Positions 52,846 through 59,021 of a stretch of DNA of 59,021 nucleotides are shown here, piece after piece. The first letter of the stretch is position 1; every line of letters starts with the position of its first letter. This DNA is from Perkinsus chesapeaki ATCC PRA-425 (Eukaryota > Protista > Perkinsozoa), in NCBI GenBank assembly GCA_013115145.1, contig JAAPAO010000167.1, forward strand, positions 1 to 59,021, in the 5' to 3' direction. Both the position numbers and the translations under genes were made by a program. The notes under the pieces are model-generated. The model saw only the letters and a list, made by a program, of their open reading frames with translations. It was not told where the DNA came from and made no database searches.

Positions 52846-53215
52846 CGGGAATCGATTATGATTGAAAAAACGAAAAACACTACTGGAAAAAATATACTAA
52901 GGGAAATACTAAAGGCCCATATAGACTTCTAGTTTTGAAATCTAAAATGTCCCAAAGCGAGTTCGTCCTCATAACAATGATTCTACTTTATACTCATCAC
53001 ACTCCCAGAAGTCTTCCAGAGTAGATATCATTGGAAAGCGGCGCTCCCTATGGAACAGTTTTGAAGGATTAGGGAAGCTCACTCGAAAGCCTGAAAGACT
53101 AATCCTTAATCGTGGCTATATAAAAGAATCTGCACCGAAGACCCCCTATCACCGCGTGTCACCGTCTCATCCATTATCCTCAGCTCAAGCTCAGGCGAGG
53201 TAAGAAACAGTAATA

Positions 53216-54631
53216 TTAAGTTGATATCTTCGTTACCATTCGAGTGATGGCCTGCATAAACTCATATTGTTGCAGTAATGCCCCTGTGACATGCCCTCCT
53301 CTAACCCATCTTATAGGGCACCCCAAATACTCACTCAATCTTTCCGTATTCTCACCAAGTATAATAGCGTCATGCCTCGCCCCTAGCAGCTCCACATTAT
53401 CGAATTCCCCCAGTTTAGGGTAAGTTGTTATATCGGTTATTGCAGTGGCCTCTTCTATGTACTCCCTATCGAGCCGAGGATTCACATAAGGTCGCATTGC
53501 GCTCCTCTCATGGGTCCACGTAGAGCTGGCTGACGCCGCCGGGAAAAATGCACATAACGGTAAAGTCGGGACACTGAGATTTTTGACCGTTAAAGCACTC
53601 ATAGTAGCAATCGATGCACCAATGGAAAGGCCTCCAACACATAGCCTATCCGGGCGTATCTTTTCATCTATCCAGTGCAAGATCGACCTCGTATCCGAAA
53701 CTGAGCGAACAGCGAAAGCCAAGAATTGTGATAGATCTCTTAGCCTTTCAGCATCGATTGAATTGGGTAGAGCTCGTCGGCCTCGAAGAGGGTTCTCGAG
53801 GAGGATCATCCCGCAGGTGCCACGCTGGGCTAGGTCGATGGACATGGGCACTTGCCGCGCCGCGTAGTGCTCAGCAAAGGAGGGTAGAAATACTACTAGA
53901 GGGCACCCGTGGTGAGGTGACCGAGCTCTGGTAGGGGTACCGAATATGGCATCTACTGTGTGATCTAGGAAAGCCTTGCTTTGACCTAAGATACCGAACC
54001 CCACTAAATCCAACCTCGACAGCAAAGATTCTCCATTAGGATTCATACTAGGTCGATTCGAGGTCTCCTGTACTGTAAATCGATCACCAGTAACCTCAGA
54101 CATTCGTCTAGCTATTGCCGTACCATCCTCATTGCTTGGCAATATAATTAAGCACCATCCCTCATCACATTGCTGAGGGAGCGGATCTTCGCACTCTAAA
54201 GAATCCGATGGGAAATGTCCAACCCGCCAGAGGACCCCTTTATATTTCAGCCATGTATCATCCAACCACTTAACAGTGAAGTCTGGATTAACTTTGTCAT
54301 TTCCTATTCGGTTCCGGGAAGCGTTTCGGATATTTTCTAGGTCAGTTTGAGGTCCTTCCTCATGGGCATGGAAATGGCAGATATCCTCATCAGGCCCCAG
54401 CTTCTCTCTTGCTATTCGTGCTGATCTATTTGACCACCAATAGTCAGCCAATGATAGGTATCCTCCCTGTGAAGGTTGATAGCTTTGCAATAACGCATTA
54501 CGTCGCATTTTAAAGGTTAAGTCGTACCACATATAAAGCCCGAGTACAGATACCCCTATCGTGGTAACCAAGCCACGTTGAACCCACCGAATCGATAGTA
54601 TAGGAGGAAGAAGCCTTTTAAAATGGGACAT
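53216..54631 (-). CDS. Alpha/beta hydrolase, ABHD18/DUF2048-like, intronless, with N-terminal TM helix
   Basis: 471-aa ORF with LLENPLRGRR, nucleophile elbow GLSIG, ARHDAII (Asp), GGHV (His) and hydrophobic GLVTTIGVSVLGLYMWY. Confidence 0.75.
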   Translation of the reverse strand: MSHFKRLLPPILSIRWVQRGLVTTIGVSVLGLYMWYDLTFKMRRNALLQSYQPSQGGYLSLADYWWSNRSARIAREKLGPDEDICHFHAHEEGPQTDLENIRNASRNRIGNDKVNPDFTVKWLDDTWLKYKGVLWRVGHFPSDSLECEDPLPQQCDEGWCLIILPSNEDGTAIARRMSEVTGDRFTVQETSNRPSMNPNGESLLSRLDLVGFGILGQSKAFLDHTVDAIFGTPTRARSPHHGCPLVVFLPSFAEHYAARQVPMSIDLAQRGTCGMILLENPLRGRRALPNSIDAERLRDLSQFLAFAVRSVSDTRSILHWIDEKIRPDRLCVGGLSIGASIATMSALTVKNLSVPTLPLCAFFPAASASSTWTHERSAMRPYVNPRLDREYIEEATAITDITTYPKLGEFDNVELLGARHDAIILGENTERLSEYLGCPIRWVRGGHVTGALLQQYEFMQAITRMVTKIST

Positions 54632-55231
54632 AGAGGCTTTTAATTGCCTGAAGCGTGACCAGGTTCAATTCCTCTGTTCGCTTGCCTTGTGTTCGAGCTG
54701 GCTTAACGAGTCAGGTGTCGTTAAAAGCGCACGCCCAATCAATCGATAAGGAATGTACGCGTTCCGTAGTGATTCCCGGGAACGTTCCCCAAGGGGGAGG
54801 TCATCTGGTAGATCATCCAGGGGTAGATCACATAATGAGGCTAGGGAAGGTCGGAGGAAGGTACTACCAACAAGGAGCGGCTTTTACCTTGAAATTTTCA
54901 CTGAAAAAAATTAATTTTTCGGTATTTTTCCGATTTTTTGGAGCGCGAAAGTCGGTCGGAAGTTTTCAAGCTTGCAAAGATTTATTTCCTAACGAATCTC
55001 GTTAGAAATACTTTTTATATATAAAGAATCCACCGAAACTCGCTCTATGATTGATCTTGAAAAGGAGTTTGGGAATCGCCTGACCGTATATTTAACGTAT
55101 TATGTTACGTATTAAAATACACCTGTATACTTGGCCATCCCTCCCGATCGCTCTATTTGTTATACGCCCTCTGTCGGCGTTTATGTGATAATAATAAGTA
55201 TATCGACATACATTGCTCTTATAGGCACGAG

Positions 55232-56276
55232 ATGATGAGTGGGAATATGAAAGAGAGGGTCGTGAAAAACGCTATAGAGAGTCCTCTAACCGTCGATCGG
55301 CTCCGAGATCGTTCTTTCGAGCATCTTCTCCCTCCTCCTCTACCCATCACGATGACAGGGTTGATCGTACCCATACGGCCAGCGGCAACCATGGCCCAAC
55401 AGCCCTACGACCAGTTAAGGACTTCCGTCCGAGAGTTAGGATTGAAAGGCATGAAAATAGAAGGGAAGCGGTGCTGTTCTTGATGTCATGGGATGATAAA
55501 AAGCCGCATACCATACCTGAAGTTGATGCTGCTATAGAGTAATAATAACTCATACAGACTTTTCCTCATTTATTTTCAGTGCGTTTATGAGAAAGCTGCC
55601 CAAGGAGCCGGAATATTATATTTTCACGGAGGAGCTGCTCTCTGGTACTATTTTTACCAACTTGATATCGCTGGTATTTTCTGGCAGGAATGGTACCGAA
55701 TTTGGTATACTGTGATAGATGGATAATGAGCATTCTGGATGAATCACTACAAAAATCGCTGACTACGTCCGAGCTATCAATTATGAGGTCCTATAGGGTT
55801 TTAAGGGGTCGCGGGTTCGAACCGCGGCACAAGCATGAATGGCAATTCTGTAGATTTAATTTGTTTCATCATGACAGTCTCCCCACGAGACTTCGACTCC
55901 CTTCATGGCGGCCACTTCTGTTATTATTCTGACACCTCTAGCTCTTAAAAGGGGGCCAGTGATGGGCGATACTGTTCCTATACTACTAGCTCCTCCCTTT
56001 TCTCACAGTACTTTTATGTCTATCAATGCCTATAAGCCCACCGCAATAATTCTTCCAAACTTCTTCTTCCACTAATGGCCTTCGTGTCCTTCAGGACTGC
56101 GGCATTCGAGCTTCTTAATCATCAGCATATCCCAACTACAGTTGTTATTAATGAGGCTAATTCCCTCGCCAAGGAGTTCTGCCCTCGATCTCAAACTCTA
56201 GTCCATGCCAGTGTTAATCGTATGATTGAAACTCAGTACAGTGTGGGACATCAGCTCAGAGAGGCTATGGTCGCAG
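55232..56276 (+). CDS. NusB-domain protein, spliced (start uncertain; may continue downstream)
   Basis: Exons joined across introns 55435-55460, 55539-55579, 55645-55687 and 55788-56094 give ..REREAVLFLMSWD..YIFTEELLSGMVPNLVYCDRWIMSILDESLQKSLTTSELSIMRTAAFELLNHQHIPTTVVINEANSLAKEF. This is colinear with bacterial NusB as recalled (YFRELLAGV..YLD..EKAVLRIALYEL..VPYKVAINEAIELAKSF). Confidence 0.75.
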
Positions 56277-56319
56277 GTAGGGCTCAGACACTGACATATT
56301 TTATTATCAATTTGCGCAG

Positions 56320-57495
56320 GCGATTTGCGCAACAACTCTAAGCCGTCATCGCCTATGGGGTCTGAGGGTGGCAGCGGCGGCGGCAAGCATAGGGAGAGTA
56401 ATGGATCTACTGCTTTTGGTATGCAGACCTGCAGTGCTCAACAGCTTAACAGTATGGATCCGGCCACGCAACTTGCATTATTATTAATAGAAAAGGTAAT
56501 ATGGTCCGTTGGCCGACGAAGTTTTGGTAGGGGAGCTCGGTCACATTATTTATCGATAGAACAATATCAGCATAATATATTTTCCTCGCGTATCGGTTGA
56601 CAGCTGTTAATACGATAACCGTTCAGAGGGCACTTTCTTCAAAACTTCACGTTATGGTGAAGGATACGGTATTACCTCATTAGCACTATTAATCTGTCGA
56701 GACGGTCTGCCTTCGGTCTTTGGGCAAGTATAAACGTTGCACTCAACCTCAATTGATAGCAGTAATCGCTCCATCTTCCCCAGTTGGCCTCTACCACTCC
56801 TTCAACTCTTTGATGTCGATACCTACCACATTCCGCCGCCGGCTCTCACTGAATTATTAACACGTTGCTTTCTGGTTATTTGTCCAATACCAGTTTTAAC
56901 AAATCGTATCTGCCGCCTCTTGTTTCATAATGCATTTGTTAGGAACGAAAGAAGAAGGAGAAAAAGGAAAAAAAGAAGAAGTCCCGCAAGCGACGTCACC
57001 GACATAGATCCAGTAGTTCTCGGAGCTACAGTGAAGACTCTCACTCACGAAGTCGCTCCTATGACCGTGATCGCAGCACTTCACAAGCCTTGAGGTACGG
57101 AGCATCTAATACACCTTTATCACTTTGGTGTCCCAGGTCGAGCAATTTTGCGAATATGGTGCCACCTAACCATCCTGACTACCGGCCGGCTCGTATAGAG
57201 TATCAACCAATCGATCCATCACAGCATATCCAACCGAGGGCGGCGGCTTCACCAGAGGTAGGATCGACAGGTATTCTCATAAAGCAGTTTTATATAGTCC
57301 CTGTCTGGCACCGGTACGCCCAGTGTTGGTAGTGGCGGCTACGGTGGTGGTGGCGGTATTATTAATCCACCATTAACCTCACATAATGTTTATGGGCAAG
57401 AGGATGCCGTAGACCCTAACGACTTTGTGAAGGCTGGTCAAAGAGCAGCTGCTATGTTGATGAATCAGGGTAGGCTATCTATTGCCATCAGATAG
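56320..57495 (+). CDS. Low-complexity and Lys/Arg/Ser-rich exons (tail of the NusB gene or a separate gene)
   Basis: Exon 56943-57094 encodes ERKKKEKKEKKKKSRKRRHRHRSSSSRSYSEDSHSRSRSYDRDRS and splices in frame to SSNFANMVPPNHPDYRP.. Confidence 0.5.
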
Positions 57496-57707
57496 TAGAA
57501 AATGAGAGTATCCCCTCTTCCTTTGTTGCCTTCAATCACGCCTTGTATTTCCCTCGATCCGAAATTTTCGGTGTAGCTTCGGGAATTTCGAGGTTTTTAA
57601 CGGCTTTCATATTTTTCTCCTGGCTTCCCGGTTGAAACGGTCCTTATACTGGATTGTATATTTGAGCTTGAAGCGTGCACTTGATAATCCAAATGATTCC
57701 TTCATTT

Positions 57708-59021
57708 TTATGTGTTAGGTGTTGGAAGATCTAAACAGCAAACCCCTTTGGTCTCCGGTACGATCAAGACTATACCGCAGAAGAGGGTGGAGCTATGTAA
57801 TGCTACCACCCAGACGACACCACGTCCAGATCTCGATAAAGATGTTGTCATTTGGCGACTTAGACCGCAGCGATCCACTGGTTGATTGGGTTTCTGCAAG
57901 CATTTTCGTCGACGATCACTATTACCATTAGTATACTTTATCCTACCATCATCATGGTGGTGATGCTGCTGCTGCTGCTCCGCTTGTTTAAGTGTTCTTG
58001 TGTATAGTATTAATACTAGAAGCTGGGTTTTCAATAGTTTTGATGCACTGCTTCTTTATCTCTAAACATTTCCATGAGATATTCATCGTGTCAGATCTGG
58101 TCAGGTACCATTTTCTAACGGCGACGTCGGAAACTGGTGAATATCCTCACATCGCTAGGTCGCCATCCATCAGGCATTGCGGGGATAGAAGGGAATTTTG
58201 GTATCAAATTTGTTCTTGGAACAAAGGGAGAGCTTATATGCATCCATGATGGTAACACTTTGTGACCCTCTCTTTCTCAAGTTCATTCTAGAACCGCGCT
58301 TTCGCGGTGACATGTATCGATCATCTAGAACTTCATGGCTTGAAGCCGACCGCATGGGAGTCGGTGCTGCTAATTGAAGTTCGTGTCCAGGAGGTTAGCT
58401 AACACTACTTTATGTATGTATGAGCTCCTCAACTTGGTCACTTCCAACCACGGTTAGTTAAAGGGTATCGTTTGGTCCTGTGTAGCTATGCGTGCCTATA
58501 TGTAGTAGTTTTACGGGGCTCCGGTAATCTCTGTTAAGTTGCTCTTGGCTTTTGAAACCCTCTTTGGTGCCCCTCCTATCCCTTGGGGTAGCGAAAGGAG
58601 GCTCTATACTACTTGACAAGGTATCACTCCTCACAAAGATCGTAATGAAAATCTCCAATGAGGCTTCGAAGCCCTCGACTCGGAGGTGGTGTCAGTCAGT
58701 GACGTGACGCCATGGCGGGCGCCACCGTCTTCGCAAGGGTGACGCCGTTACCGGTACGAGTTGTTGTCTAACCGCTGCTCGGTGCCAAGGGTCTGTATCT
58801 CGGATTCAAACTCGGATCAAGTTTGAACTATAGCGGATTGCCCTCTTTATTCAGAGTTTGTCTTTATCGCCATGCTGGGCTTACTTGTCGCTACCACCGC
58901 CGCTCTTTTGGTTCATTCCGGGCTAACGGAGCCTTGCGATCCCTCCAGACGTCCACCATTGCCCGAGACAGCGAAAGACATGTTATCTCGCACTGTGCGG
59001 TTAGATGGTGTGCCAAATGAT
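57708..59021 (-). CDS. 3' part of an unidentified gene entering from the right edge
   Basis: Open exon-like segments with Q/H runs; no motif recognised. Confidence 0.25.

Overview
Eukaryotic, intron-dense genomic DNA with short GT-AG introns and two ~100-nt assembly gaps inside satellites. The style suggests a Perkinsus-like alveolate, but that is inference only. From base 1 to ~54.6 kb every gene I can support lies on the minus strand. In order: two tandem intronless group II truncated haemoglobins, a spliced hypothetical gene, a CHD (chromodomain-SNF2) remodeller, an M14 zinc carboxypeptidase, a membrane hypothetical, an HMG-box protein, hypotheticals, a second and longer CHD paralogue, more hypotheticals and an intronless ABHD18-like hydrolase. 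After a divergent strand switch there is a spliced gene with a bacterial-type NusB domain, possibly fused to a Lys/Arg/Ser-rich tail. The best leads are: (1) the NusB-domain gene; (2) about ten tRNA-3'-half/B-box-like elements, nearly all antisense to their host gene and often just upstream of a splice acceptor; (3) a recurring intronic 12-mer, GCGGAGCGAAGC; (4) shared intronic minisatellite families. Exon models were assembled by eye and their ends are approximate.
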